The position numbers and the translations under genes are program-made. From an uncultured delta proteobacterium (GTDB taxonomy: Bacteria; Myxococcota_A; Polyangia; Polyangiales; Polyangiaceae): a stretch of DNA of 64,000 bases. Positions 1 through 10,406 of this stretch are shown here, in pieces (position 1 is the stretch's first letter; every line of letters starts with the position of its first letter). The DNA lies in NCBI GenBank assembly GCA_963806225.1, contig CAWDXG010000004.1, positions 1-64,000 of the forward strand. The letters run 5' to 3'. Below the pieces are notes generated by a model. It did not search any database and was not told where the DNA came from. It worked only from the letters and a program-made list of their open reading frames with translations.

Positions 1-317
1 TGCTCGAGAGCGGGCTCAAGAAGCCGCTGCTGCTCAATGTCAATTTCCCGCCGGGCGACAGCTGGCCGCTGCGCGCAACGCGCCTCGGCTCGCGCGTGTA
101 CCGCGACGAGGTGGAGTTCAGGAAGGATCCGCGCGGGCGCGAGTACCTGTGGATCGGGGGCCCGGGCGTCGAGCACCGGCCGATCGCCGGCTCGGACACG
201 GAGGCCTACGACGAGGGCGTGGTGGGGGTGACGCCGCTGGTGCTCGATCTGTGGGCGCGCGAGCGGCAGGAGCAGGCCGAGCAGATCCGCGCTCTGGTCG
301 AGCGCGTGGAAAGCTGA
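1..317 (+). CDS. surE: 5'/3'-nucleotidase SurE, C-terminal part (5' end outside window)
   Basis: The frame from nt 3 reads LLNVNFP...ATRLGSRVY...RKDPRGREYLWIGG...GSDTEAYDEGVVGVTPL, a typical SurE C-terminus. Confidence 0.9.
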   Translation, partial: LESGLKKPLLLNVNFPPGDSWPLRATRLGSRVYRDEVEFRKDPRGREYLWIGGPGVEHRPIAGSDTEAYDEGVVGVTPLVLDLWARERQEQAEQIRALVERVES

Positions 318-352
318 CGCACGGCCGGGCGGCGTGGTAGGACGGGGACCCC

Positions 353-1027
353 ATGGCAGCCCGCAAGCGAACTTCGAAGATTCCAGGAAGGCGCCCGTGC
401 GTCGCTCGCCCACGCCGCGCGGCGTCGGTCGCGGCAAGGCCCCGGCCAAGGCGAGTGCAGCGCGCCGCCGCGCGACGCTCTCGGACACGGTGCTCGAGCT
501 CGACACGATGGCGCACGTCCGCAAGATGATCCGGGGCATCCAGGACTTCCCGCAGCCGGGGGTGCTGTTCCGCGACATCACGCCGCTCCTGGCCGATCCT
601 CGCGGCTTCCATATCGTGCTCGACGCCATTGCCGAGCGCTTCCTGGGCGAGCACGTCGACGCGGTGGTCGGTATCGAGTCGCGCGGTTTCATCTTCGGCG
701 GCGCGCTGGCCGCGCGGCTCAACGCGAGCTTCGTGCCGGTGCGCAAGCCCGGCAAGCTGCCGTACCGCACCGACAAGGTGTCGTACTCGCTCGAGTACGG
801 CGAGAGCGAGCTGGAGATGCACCGCGACTCTCTGGAAGAGGGCGCCAGCGTGGTCGTCGTCGACGACCTCCTGGCCACCGGCGGCACGGCCGCTGGCCGC
901 TGCGGAGCTGGTCCACCGCCAGGGCGCCTACGTGGCCGCTTTCGCGTTCGTGATCGAGCTGGACTCGTCGAGCGGCCGGGACCGCCTGCTGCCCACGCCG
1001 GTCGTCTCCATCGTCCACTACGACTGA
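353..1027 (+). CDS. apt: Adenine phosphoribosyltransferase with basic N-terminal extension (frameshift ~895; start 353 or 508)
   Basis: IRGIQDFPQPGVLFRDITPLL, GIESRGFIFG, VRKPGKLP, YSLEYG and the PRPP motif VVVVDDLLATGGT. The C-terminus (AAFAFVIEL...SIVHYD) is in another frame. Confidence 0.93.
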
Positions 1028-1159
1028 CGCCGCGGCGTCGCCCGGGCGTCTTGTGGGTCCGGGCTGCCGGGTTCCGACGGCTGGCCTCACTTTGGAACGT
1101 GGAAAGGTGCGCGCCAGTCGGCGCTGCACCGTGGCTTCAAGCACGGAGAGGGATGCTTC

Positions 1160-3642
1160 ATGTCACCTAGACTCTGGGCGCTCCTGCTGTTCGCGGTCTT
1201 GTTGGCCGTATCGGGCTGCAGCGACGGCGCCGTCACGGCGGCCAGCGGCAACGGCGCGGTCGCGGCAACATCCCGACTGGCGCCGGCGTCGGCGATAGCT
1301 GCACCAGCCAGGCGTGCCGCGCCGGGCTGAGATGCGAGAGCGGCGTGTGCGCGCCGGGGCACAGCACGGCCGCCAACGCCCCCTGCGTGATCAGCGGCGA
1401 GTGCCAGGACGGCCTGCAGTGCCTGTCGGGTACGTGCCAGCCCGCCGGTCAGGGTGCGAAGGGCGACAGCTGTCGCGGCGACGGCGATTGCCAAGCGGGG
1501 CTGCGCTGCGGTCTGGTCGGGTTCTCCGCGCAGTGCATGCCCGAGGGCTCGAACGGCGTGGGCAAGGCCTGCACGACGAGCGCCGACTGCCTCGTCGGGC
1601 CTGGCGTGCACGGGCGGAGTCTGCTCCGCGACGCCGCCCGGCGCGCCGAGCTTCGGCGCACCCAGCTGGCAGGGCGTCACCTGCGACGCGCCCTCGACGG
1701 GCCCGGTGCGGGCGTACTTCGAGGTGCCGGGCGTGACGGACCCGGCCGGCCAACTACGGGGATTTCTTCCGGCTGCCGTTCCCGAACGACATTCTCTCGA
1801 TGGGCGGCAAGCTGGACCTCACGGGCTTCCCGACGCCGGGCAAGGAGCTGCTCGGCTTCGACCCGGTGCAGCTCTACATCGACGCGCTGGTCAAGAACGA
1901 CCAGCCTGGGGCACCTACCCGACGGTCATCTTCCGCTTCTCCGGGGCGCGTCGACTACGCGCAGCTTCCAGGGAAAGACCGGCACGAGCCCGGTCAACTG
2001 GGTCGATATTACCACGGGCGCTCCGGAGTACGGCCGCAGCTCGGGGCTCGGCTGGTACTACTCGGGCGGCCGCACGAACTACGTCTGCGACAACTGGTTC
2101 GCCGTGCGCCGGCCGCAGGGTCGTCCGCTGGTGCCGGGGCACACCTACGCGGTGTGGCTGACCACGGCCGGCGTGGACCACAACGGCAAGACGATCGAGC
2201 GCTCGCTGCAGCTCACGAAGCTGCTCGGCAACAACGCTGCGCCCAGCGATGCGAAGCTGGCCCAGGCCTACGCCGCCTACAAGCCGTTCCGCGACTACCT
2301 GACCGATCAGGTCGATCGATCCGGCCACGATCCTGAACGCGACGGTGATCACGGCGGGTACGGTCCGCGACCCGTGGCGGCTATCGCGAAGACGATCGAC
2401 TCGCAGGCCTGCCCCCACCGCCAAGAGCTGGGTCAAGTGCGGCGCGGGCGTCAAGTCACCGTGCCCGCAGGCCGACGGCGATCGCGCCTGCGGCGACGGC
2501 ACCAACGCGGCGTACGACGAGTACGAGGCGCTGGTATCTCTGCCGATCTTCCAGCAGGGCACCGAGCCGTACAAGGACTCGGGCGGCAACGTGACCGACC
2601 AGGTCGCCCGCACGGAGGACGTGTGCATGGCGCTGACGGTCCCCAAGGGCAGCGATGCCGGCGAACGGCTGGCCGCTGGTCGTCTATGCGCACGGCACCG
2701 GGGGCTCCTACCGCAGCCACATCCGGCCCGAGGTCGCCGGCGCGCTGTCGAACGTGACCACGCCGAGCGGCACGGTAGCGTTCGCCGTGCTCGGCATCGA
2801 CCAGGTCGAGCACGGGCCGCGCCGCGGCAGCTCGACCGATTCGCCCGACAACCTGTTCTTCAACTTCGCCAACCCCGACGCCGCTCGCGGCAATCCGATC
2901 CAGGGCGCGGCCGATCAGCTGTCGCTCGCGAAGTTCGCCGCGTCTCTCGACGTGACGGCCGCCGATACCGGCGGCGACGCGATCAAGGTCGACCCGAACG
3001 CGATCGTGTTCTTCGGTCACTCGCAGGGCTCGACCGAGGGCAGCCTCGCCCTGCCGTACACCGACGTGTACAAGGCCGCCGTCCTGAGCGGCGACGGCGC
3101 GAGCCTGATGGACGCGCTGCTCAACAAGACGAGCCCGGTGAACATCAAGGGCGCGCTGCCGTTCGTGCTGGCTGACTACGACTCCAAGGGAGGCTTGAAC
3201 GGCGGGAACATGCACCCGGTGCTGTCGCTGCTCCAGCAGTGGGAGGACCCGGCCGACCCCCTGAACTTCGCGCGGGCCATCGGGCGCGAGCCGGTGACGG
3301 GCATGCAGCCGAAGCACGTCTTCCAGACGTACGGTCTCGGCGACACCTACGCGCCGCCGGTCACACTGCAGACGTTCGCCATCGCCGCGGGGCTGGACGT
3401 GGCCAAGGCGGACTCCAGCGTGACGACGCCGGACGACATCGGAGGCCACGCCGAAGCCGGTGCCGCTCTCCGGGAACGTCACGGTCGGCGGCAACCCGTA
3501 CACGCTGGCTGTCCGCGAGTACGCGCCGCCTTCAGGCAACGACGGCCACTTCGTCGTCTTCGACGTGCAGAACGCCAACGACGACGCGACGCGCTTCCTC
3601 GGCATGGCCGCCGAAGGCAACGTGCCCCAGGTCGGCAAGTAG
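1160..3642 (+). CDS. Secreted lipoprotein: Cys-rich N-terminal repeats plus C-terminal alpha/beta-hydrolase (lipase-like) domain; several frameshifts
   Basis: Signal peptide and lipobox MSPRLWALLLFAVLLAVSGC. Repeated C-x4-C-x2-GL-x-C modules, then WPLVVYAHGTGG, nucleophile elbow GHSQG, GLGDTY and DGHFVVF. Assembled from ORFs 1345, 1454, 1800, 2345, 2655 and 3460. Confidence 0.72.
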
Positions 3643-3661
3643 GCGAGCGCGGCGCCGGCCG

Positions 3662-4217
3662 CTACCCGCAGTCGGCCCCGTTCTTCCTGCAGTCCGAAAA
3701 CCGGCAGCGGCAGTGGAGGATCGTGCCGTCGGGCAGGCGGGTGGTCCAGCCTTCCTTCCCGCAGTCGTTGAAGTCGCAGTGGCTCGTGCTCTCGGTGCCG
3801 TCGGGGTGACGGGTGGTCCAGCCGTCCTTCCAGCACTTGCCGAAGTGGCAGCTCGGTCTCGCTGCGGCCGCCGCCCGGGTAGTCGGTGGTCCAGCCTTCG
3901 GCCATGCAGTCACCGAAATGGCAGCGCGTGCGCGCCTGGTTGCCGTCGGGCAGGCTCGTGGTCCAGCCGTTGGCGAGACAGTCGCTGAAGTCGCACCTCG
4001 ACTGGATGTCGCCCTTGGCGCCGTGGCTGGTCCAGCCGTTGTGCAGGCAGTCGTTGAAATCGCAGCGCCCGGCCGCCAGCGTGGAGGCGGAGTACAGCTC
4101 GCGGAGCTCCGCCGTGTCCGGTGGATCGCCGGCACGCGCCGGAAGCTCGAGGCACAGGAGCGCCGCGCCGCACAGGACGGCAGACAGGGTCGCACCACGC
4201 CAGAGCCTCCGCGCCAT
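3662..4217 (-). CDS. Secreted Cys/Trp repeat protein (six ~23-aa CxFxDCxxxGWTTxxPDG repeats); frameshift ~3855
   Basis: Signal peptide MARRLWRGATLSAVLCGAALLCLELPARA, then repeats CDFNDCLHNGWTS, CDFSDCLANGWTT, CHFGDCMAEGWTT, CHFGKCWKDGWTT, CDFNDCGKEGWTT and CRFSDCRKNG. Confidence 0.8.
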
Positions 4218-4261
4218 CGCTCGAACCCAATGTAGATCCGCCGCGGCGCGTCCGCCAGACG

Positions 4262-5470
4262 CGCTCCGATCGGCCGGAAACGGCATCACGTCGCCGATGG
4301 CCGGTGCGCCGAGGGCGAGGGCGATCAGTCGATCGACGCCGAGCGCGTTGCCGCCCGCGGGCGGCATGCCTTCTTCGAGCGCGGCCAGCAGGCGTTCGTC
4401 GAGCGGGTAGACGGGGCGGCGGCGCTTCCTGCGTTCGGCGCGGTCGCGGCGGAAGCGGCGGCGCTGCTCGGCGGCGTCGGTGAGCTCGCCGAAGCCGTTG
4501 CAGAGCTCCACGCCGGCGACGTAGAGCTCGAAACGCTCGGCCACGCTGGGATCGCGCGGCGAGGGACGCGCGAGCGACGCCTGGCTCAGCGGGTAGTCGC
4601 ACAGGAACACGGGGCGCCGCCGGCGGGCGAGCGCCGGCTCGACGCGATCGACGAGCAGCTCGAAGAAACGATCCTCGTCGCGGGCGGCCAGATCGACCGC
4701 GTCGCTCACATCGGCGTAGCGGCGGAACGCCTGCCGCACGCTGATGCGCGGGAAGGGCAGGGTCAGGTCGACGCGCCGACCGTCGGGAGCGCGTAGCCCG
4801 CCGCGCGAGCGCCGCCGCGACGCGCACGACGATCTGCTCGGTGTCGGTGATCACGTCGTCCTGTCCGGCGAACGCGCGGTACCACTCGCACAGCATGAAC
4901 TCGGGCTGGTGGAGCGGGCCCTGTTCGTCCGCCCGCCAGCAGTGCGACAGCTGGTAGATGCGCGGCAGACCGCCGGCGAGCAGCCGTTTCATGGCGTGCT
5001 CCGGCGAGGTGACAAGGTAGCCGCGTCCGGCGCGCAGGGCGTCGACGTGCAGGTCCAGGCCGGGGGTCGGCACGCGCTGCGGCGTGTCGACCTCGACGAA
5101 GGCCTGCTCGCGGAAATAGTCGCGGATCGCCGAAAGGGCGCGGGCGCGCAGCAGCAGACGTGGACCTGCGCCGCGCCACGCCAGTCGCGAGAACTCGCCG
5201 CCGGCAGCGCTCGGCGGCGCCGGGAAGCGCTGCACCAGCTGTGCGCGCTGGAGCCCTCCGCCGGCGTAGCGTCCTTCGACGACGACAAGATCGCCGGCCT
5301 CGAGTCGAGCGCCGGCTCGACCCGGAGCGCGCCCAGGGCGTCCGCCACCAGGAGCGGCTCGAGCGACGCGACGCGGCCGCCGACCCGCACGCGCGCTCGC
5401 ACCCGCTTGTCGGACAGATCGCCCAGCGACAGCACGCGCGTCACGCTGCCCGCCTCGGCCCGACGCGCAT
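4262..5470 (-). CDS. epmA: EF-P lysine aminoacylase EpmA/GenX (frameshifted; 3' end approximate)
   Basis: FVEVDTP, YLVTSPEHAMKRLLAGG, CWRADEQGPLHQPEFMLCEWY, AERFELYVAGVELCNGFGELTDA and GMPPAGGNALGVDRL. Confidence 0.88.
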
Positions 5471-5473
5471 GAG

Positions 5474-5728
5474 CTACCCGCCGACGAATACGCGGGCGGC
5501 GAAGGCGGCGATCTGCGAGCCCATCCACGGACCGGCGACGGCCAGCGCGATGGCGACGACGACGAGCCGCGGCAGATGCGCGAGCGTCATGTCCTGCACC
5601 TGGGTGGCCGCCTGGAAGATCGCGACCAGCAGACCCGCGAGCGCGGCGACGCCGACCACCGGAAGCGATACCGCGACCGCGAGCAGCAGGGCCTGCTGCG
5701 CGTCGGCGGCGAGGTGGGCGATAGGCAT
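5474..5728 (-). CDS. FliQ/SctS (EscS/YscS) family export-gate small subunit
   Basis: 84 aa with two hydrophobic helices and the family motif GLLVAIFQAATQVQDMTLAHLPRL...GPW. Confidence 0.85.
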   Translation of the reverse strand: MPIAHLAADAQQALLLAVAVSLPVVGVAALAGLLVAIFQAATQVQDMTLAHLPRLVVVAIALAVAGPWMGSQIAAFAARVFVGG

Positions 5729-5730
5729 GC

Positions 5731-6192
5731 TCAATCGCCTCCCGCGTCCGTGGAACTGCCGCCGGCGCCACTGCTGCCTGCGCTGCCCGCATCGGTGCCG
5801 CCCGTGCCGGCTGATCCGCCGCTGCCCGCATCGGTGCCGCCCGTGCCCGCTGATCCGCCGCTGCCGGCTGATCCGCCGCTGCCGGCTGATCCGCCGCTGC
5901 CACTTCCACCGTAGCCGCTGTACGGTGGGACCGACGGATCGGGCTGGAAGCCCTTGGCTGCCGGTGCGCACGCGGACGTGCTCGGCTTGTCGGGAGGACG
6001 CGGACAGCAGCGCGAGCTGTCGGCGGCGATGTTGATGTCGGCGGTGCAGACGAGGCCCGCGTTGCAGTCGTCGTTGGCGTGGGCGCGGTCGCAGGTCGCC
6101 CCTTCATCGCCGCCAGCACAGGCCGTCACGACGAAGAGCGCCAGAGCCGCGGGCAATAGAGCGAGGCGAGCGGGCAGAGCGCGCAGCGTCAT
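5731..6192 (-). CDS. Small Cys-rich lipoprotein with Gly/Ser/Thr-rich tail
   Basis: Lipobox VTAC; EGATCD...NDDCNAGLVC...RCCP...SAC; tail of GSGGSA and GTGGTDA repeats. Confidence 0.75.
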   Translation of the reverse strand: MTLRALPARLALLPAALALFVVTACAGGDEGATCDRAHANDDCNAGLVCTADINIAADSSRCCPRPPDKPSTSACAPAAKGFQPDPSVPPYSGYGGSGSGGSAGSGGSAGSGGSAGTGGTDAGSGGSAGTGGTDAGSAGSSGAGGSSTDAGGD

Positions 6193-6210
6193 CTGGATCC
6201 CCCTCCGCGG

Positions 6211-6666
6211 TCAGCCCATCCCTGCGTCGCTTGCGCCGCCGGTTCCACCCGTCGAGGCGCCGCCGGTTCCACCCGTCGAGGCGCCGCCGGTTCCACCCGT
6301 CGAGGCGCCGCCGGTTCCACCCGTCGAGGCGCCGCCAGTGCCGGCGTCGCTGCCCGCGGTTCCGCCGGTTCCTCCGGTTCCGCCCGTCGACGTTCCGCCC
6401 GTGCCGCCGGTTCCGATCGAGCCGCGGCGCGTGCAGGTGGACACGTTGATCTGCTGACCATCCCGCGGGCAGCAGCGATCCGCGCCGGGCTGCTGCAGTT
6501 CCGTTTCCCGGATGCAGACGAGGCCGGAGGCGCAGTCCTTGTCGCCGTTGGCGGTCGCGTCACAGCGCTGCCCTTCGCCCTGGCGCGCACAGCCGGCGAA
6601 AGCGACGAGCAATGCGCAAGCGGAAAGGAGGAGCAGGGCGGAAACCCGTCGGCGACGTGCGGTCAT
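6211..6666 (-). CDS. Small Cys-rich lipoprotein with Gly-rich tail, paralog of 5731-6192
   Basis: Lipobox FAGC; EGQRCD...DKDCASGLVC...RCCP...STC; STGGTGGA repeats. Confidence 0.78.
   Translation of the reverse strand: MTARRRRVSALLLLSACALLVAFAGCARQGEGQRCDATANGDKDCASGLVCIRETELQQPGADRCCPRDGQQINVSTCTRRGSIGTGGTGGTSTGGTGGTGGTAGSDAGTGGASTGGTGGASTGGTGGASTGGTGGASTGGTGGASDAGMG
6233..6336. repeat. Perfect 24-nt tandem repeat (4.3 copies) within a coding region
   Basis: gcgccgccggttccacccgtcgag at 6233, 6257, 6281 and 6305; encodes STGGTGGA on the minus strand. Confidence 0.95.
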
Positions 6667-6774
6667 GGGCGCGACATTCCTAGCAGGCCGTCCACGGCCG
6701 TGTCCACCGCCCAGGCGGGGCGGCCGGATCGGCCCGGCCGGGCGCCTGCGGCGCCGATCCGGCCCGGCGCGCTT

Positions 6775-7486
6775 TCAGCCCGCGCCGCGCTGCTGCCGGC
6801 GGTCCTTGGCTTCCACGGCCTCGGCGAACAGGCTCACGTACTGGAATGCGCTGGTGATGGAGAACACGAGCGAGATGTAGATCAGCCAGCGTCCCACGTG
6901 GACCATGTCCACCACGCCCAGGTCGAGGAAGCCCAGCGACAGGTGGTACGGGTAGCCGATGAGCAGGGCCAGGATGCCGACCATCTGCAGCGCCGTCTTG
7001 TTCTTGCCGCCCCCACCAGCGGCGATCACGACGCCCTCGCTGCTTGCGATCGATCGGAGCCCGGTGACGGAGATCTCGCGTGCCAGGAGCAGCACCACCG
7101 CCCACTCCGGGATGCGTCCCATCGGCACCATCCACACGAGCGACGCCATCACCAGCAGCTTGTCCGCCAGTGGATCAAGGAACTTCCCGAGCACGCTGAC
7201 CACACCCATGCGTCGCGCCAGGTAGCCATCCAGCAGATCGGTGATGGCCGCGGCGGAGTACACGATGGCCGCCCACACGCAGTCTTTCGGCGTCCCGCGA
7301 CCGATGAGCCACAGCACCACCGGGATGATGAGGATGCGCCCCATCGTGAGCAGGTTGGGCAGATTGACCGCGTCGTCCTTGATCGAACCGGCGGCGCTCC
7401 TTGCGGAGCGCCGGATCCGCGGCCCGGCGCCGGCGGCCGCGCCGCCAGCGCCTGGAAGGCGGATTGGAAGGTCGAGCGCCGGCCAT
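6775..7486 (-). CDS. pgsA: CDP-diacylglycerol--glycerol-3-phosphate 3-phosphatidyltransferase (start approximate; frameshift in the Arg-rich N-terminus)
   Basis: NLPNLLTMGRI, the CDP-alcohol phosphotransferase motif TDLLDGYLARRMGVVSVLGKFLDPLADK, REISVTGLR and GKNKTALQM. Confidence 0.93.
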
Positions 7487-7501
7487 GGCGCGCATGATAG
7501 G

Positions 7502-9029
7502 TCAGCCCGGCCGGGAACTGCCAGGCGCGTTCCGCTCGGGATCGACGAAGACCGCGCCTTCGCCGTTGAAAACCACCAGGCCGTGCGTCGAACCCGGCGC
7601 CTGGCTCGCGGGCAGGGGTTGCGGCAGCAGCCGCCCGGTCCAGCCCAGCACGTCTTCGGCGCGGAGCGAGAGCGGCTGATCGGCGTCCACGTCGAGCCCG
7701 CGGAGCGGCAGGTGCGTGGCGAAGACGAGGTGGCCGCGGCCGGAGAACTGGACCATCGCGATCGGATCGTCGTCTCCCGTGGCCAGCCGCCCGTTTTCGT
7801 GGCGGAGCGTGCTGTCGAAGCCCAGCAGCCGATCCTCCCGCACGTACAGGAAGTCGCGGTCCAGTGCGACGGCGACCGCCGACAGCGGCGCGGGCGCCGC
7901 GATCACCAGCCTGCCCGCTCCTTCGAGCTCCACCAACGGCAGCGCGGAGCCGCCCAGCGGCTCGACCTGGTCGCGCCCTCGCGCCCGGCGCTTCACCTCG
8001 CGGCTGGCGAACGGCTTGCCGTGGGGTAGGAGCGCCCGCACCCAGGCAACGCGCGCTACGAACGATTCGCTGACCCGTACCAGCGCCAGGCCCTCCTGCA
8101 TCACCACGCCTGGGCCGTCCGAAAACCAGAGCCGCGAGCTCTGCGCCAGCTCGCTGGGTGACGGTGGGCGGTCGGGGAGAGCCGGCGCGGGCGCCGGGGC
8201 GCTGCTCGCGGCGGCAGGTGGGAGTGAGGTCGGGACGGCTGGAACGGCGGGGCCGAATCGACCCGGCGGTGCTGCCCCTACCGGGCTTCGCGAAGGAGGC
8301 AGTCGCTCTTCGCCCGGCTCGACCGCGCGCCAGCGGCCGGAGCGCGACGGCGGCGCGCCGGCGCCGGGCCCCGCCATCGAAAACGGTCGCGGTTCGTCGA
8401 GCTCGCGCACGGCGTCGGCGGCCGCGAGACGCATTTCCTCGCGCTCGGGCGGATTCGGGTCTGGCGGCGCCGCCTCGTCGTCGAGCAGGTGCTGCATGCG
8501 CCGGACCATGTGTTGCTGCCCGGCACGCTCGAAGGCCGCGAGGGCCTTGGCGTGATCGCTCGATCCGCTCGAACACCAGCCCGAGGTAGCCCCAGGCGCG
8601 GCGATGGTCGGGCACGATGCGGAGCACGGCTTCCAGCGCATCGCGGGCCTGCATCGACTGCCCGGTTTTCAGGTAGCACAGGGCGAGGTTGATGCGCGGC
8701 GTGACCTCGCCGGGATAGGCGCTGATCAAGTCCTCGTAGATCTGGATGGCGCGCGGATACAGCCCCAGCCGGAAGTAGACGACGCCGAGCAGGCCCTGGC
8801 CCTCGACGTCCCGGGGCTGCATCGACAGGGCGCGCTCGAGCTCTTCCTTGGCTTCGCCGACGCAGTTGTCCTGCAGGAGCTCGCTGCCGCGGTACAGGTG
8901 GAACAGGAAGTCCTCGCCGTCGAACGTGTTCGGCGGAATGGATTCCGGTTCGTTGGCCTCGACGCCGCCGGGCGGCTCCGCCGCGAGTGCGCGCTCGACC
9001 GCTGTGGTCTGTTCGCCCCGGTCCGCCAT
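7502..9029 (-). CDS. TPR-repeat protein with Pro-rich linker and C-terminal AIM24/DUF124-like domain (frameshift ~8560)
   Basis: N-terminal TPRs (LLGVVYFRLGLYPRAIQIYE, AWGYLGLVFE). The C-terminus LYVREDRLLGFD...MVQFSGRG...VLGWTG...FNGEGAV resembles AIM24. Confidence 0.65.
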
Positions 9030-9039
9030 GACCCAGAGC

Positions 9040-9762
9040 CTACCTCACGTCGGGCCGCGCGGCTGCGACGGCCTCTTCCAGGGAGAAACGCCCTTCGTGC
9101 AGCGCCCGGCCGACGATCGCGCCGGCGATGCCCGGCTCGCGCGCGAGCAGCCCCAGGTGCTCCAGCGTGCCTACGCCGCCGCTGGCGATCACCGGCACGC
9201 CGCCGTCGCGGGCCAGGCGGGCCGTTTCGGCGATGTTGGGCCCGGTCTCCATGCCGTCGCGCTCGATGTCCGTGTACAGCACCGCGGCAAGCCCTGCGCC
9301 GAGCTCGCGCACGACGTCGACCGCGCGGCGGGTGGACTGCTCGAGCCAGCCGTCGGTGGCGACCAGCCCGCCCCGTGCGTCGACTGCCACGATGATGCGC
9401 CCGGGGTGCTGCCGGGACGCGGCGCGTACCAGATCCGGATCGCGGATGGCGACGGTGCCGAGCACCACACGATCGACGCCGAGCTCGAGGTACGCCTCGA
9501 TCGCGTCGGGAGTGCGGATGCCGCCGCCGACCTGCACGCCGCTGCCGAACGCCGCCACGATGTCGCGCACCAGCCCGCGCTGGGCCGCCGCGCCGTCGCG
9601 CGCGCCGTCCAGATCGACCACGTGCAGCCGCGCCGCGCGGCCCGACCAGCTCTCTGCGAGTCGGGGCGGGTCGTCGTGATAGACGGTGACCTCGTCGTAG
9701 CGGCCCTGGCGCAGCCGCACCGCCTGGCCGCCGAGCAGATCGATCGCGGGAATGACGTCCAT
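9040..9762 (-). CDS. hisA: ProFAR isomerase HisA
   Basis: VIPAIDLLGGQAVRLRQG, LHVVDLDGA, VQVGGGIR, YTDIERDGM and VIASGGV. Confidence 0.97.
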   Translation of the reverse strand: MDVIPAIDLLGGQAVRLRQGRYDEVTVYHDDPPRLAESWSGRAARLHVVDLDGARDGAAAQRGLVRDIVAAFGSGVQVGGGIRTPDAIEAYLELGVDRVVLGTVAIRDPDLVRAASRQHPGRIIVAVDARGGLVATDGWLEQSTRRAVDVVRELGAGLAAVLYTDIERDGMETGPNIAETARLARDGGVPVIASGGVGTLEHLGLLAREPGIAGAIVGRALHEGRFSLEEAVAAARPDVR

Positions 9763-10395
9763 CTAGCCTCGCAGGAACTTCCCCAGCAGCGCGAGCCCTG
9801 CACGCTGGCTCTTCTCTGGATGGAATTGCGTCGCAAACACGTTGTCCCTGGCGACCGCCGCGGTCACCGTGTTCGTGCCGTAGCGGCAGACGGCACGCAG
9901 CACCGAGTCGTCCGCCGGAACGGCGTGGTACGAATGCACGAAGTACACCCAGGCGCCCTCGCCGCCGGCCGCTTCCAGGCAGGGGTGCCCGCCGCCGACG
10001 AGCTCGAGCTGGTTCCAACCCATGTGCGGGATCTTGATCCCGCCGCCGCCCGCCAGGCGTTCTACCCGCCCGGAAAACAGCCCCAGCCCCCGCGCTCCGG
10101 GCGCCTCGTCGCTGCCCTCGAACAGCACCTGCAGCCCAAGGCAGATGCCGAGATAGGGCACGCCGGCGTGGATCCGCTCCAGCACCGCTTCGCCGATGCC
10201 GCCGCCGAGCGCCGCGGCCGCATCGCGGAAGCCGCCCTGTCCGGGCACGATCACGCGATCAGCGCGGCGCACGTCCTCCGGCTCGGCCGAGCGCAGTACC
10301 TCGATCGCGACGCTCTGCTCGGCCGCGGCGGTCTCGACGGCCTTCTCGACCGAGCGCAGATTGCCGAGCCCCGTGTCGACGACGACGGCGAGCAT
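9763..10395 (-). CDS. hisH: Imidazole glycerol phosphate synthase, glutamine amidotransferase subunit
   Basis: GNLRSV, LGICLGLQ, KIPHMGWN, YFVHSY and QFHPEKS. Confidence 0.97.
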   Translation of the reverse strand: MLAVVVDTGLGNLRSVEKAVETAAAEQSVAIEVLRSAEPEDVRRADRVIVPGQGGFRDAAAALGGGIGEAVLERIHAGVPYLGICLGLQVLFEGSDEAPGARGLGLFSGRVERLAGGGGIKIPHMGWNQLELVGGGHPCLEAAGGEGAWVYFVHSYHAVPADDSVLRAVCRYGTNTVTAAVARDNVFATQFHPEKSQRAGLALLGKFLRG

Positions 10396-10406
10396 CTCCG
10401 CTCCGC

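Noticed and set aside
1088..1108. parS-like sequence tttggaacgtggaaag
   Set aside because: Only one half matches the TTCCACGTGGAA-type palindrome, and a terminus region is an unlikely place for parS.
2451..4739. 762-aa ORF fusing EpmA to the Cys-repeat protein
   Set aside because: The repeat protein has its own signal peptide at 4217. The missing epmA stop is most simply an indel error, and the rest of the ORF is antisense to the lipase gene.
5474..5728. Flagellar or T3SS gene cluster
   Set aside because: Only one export-gate gene is present; it is reported as an orphan instead.
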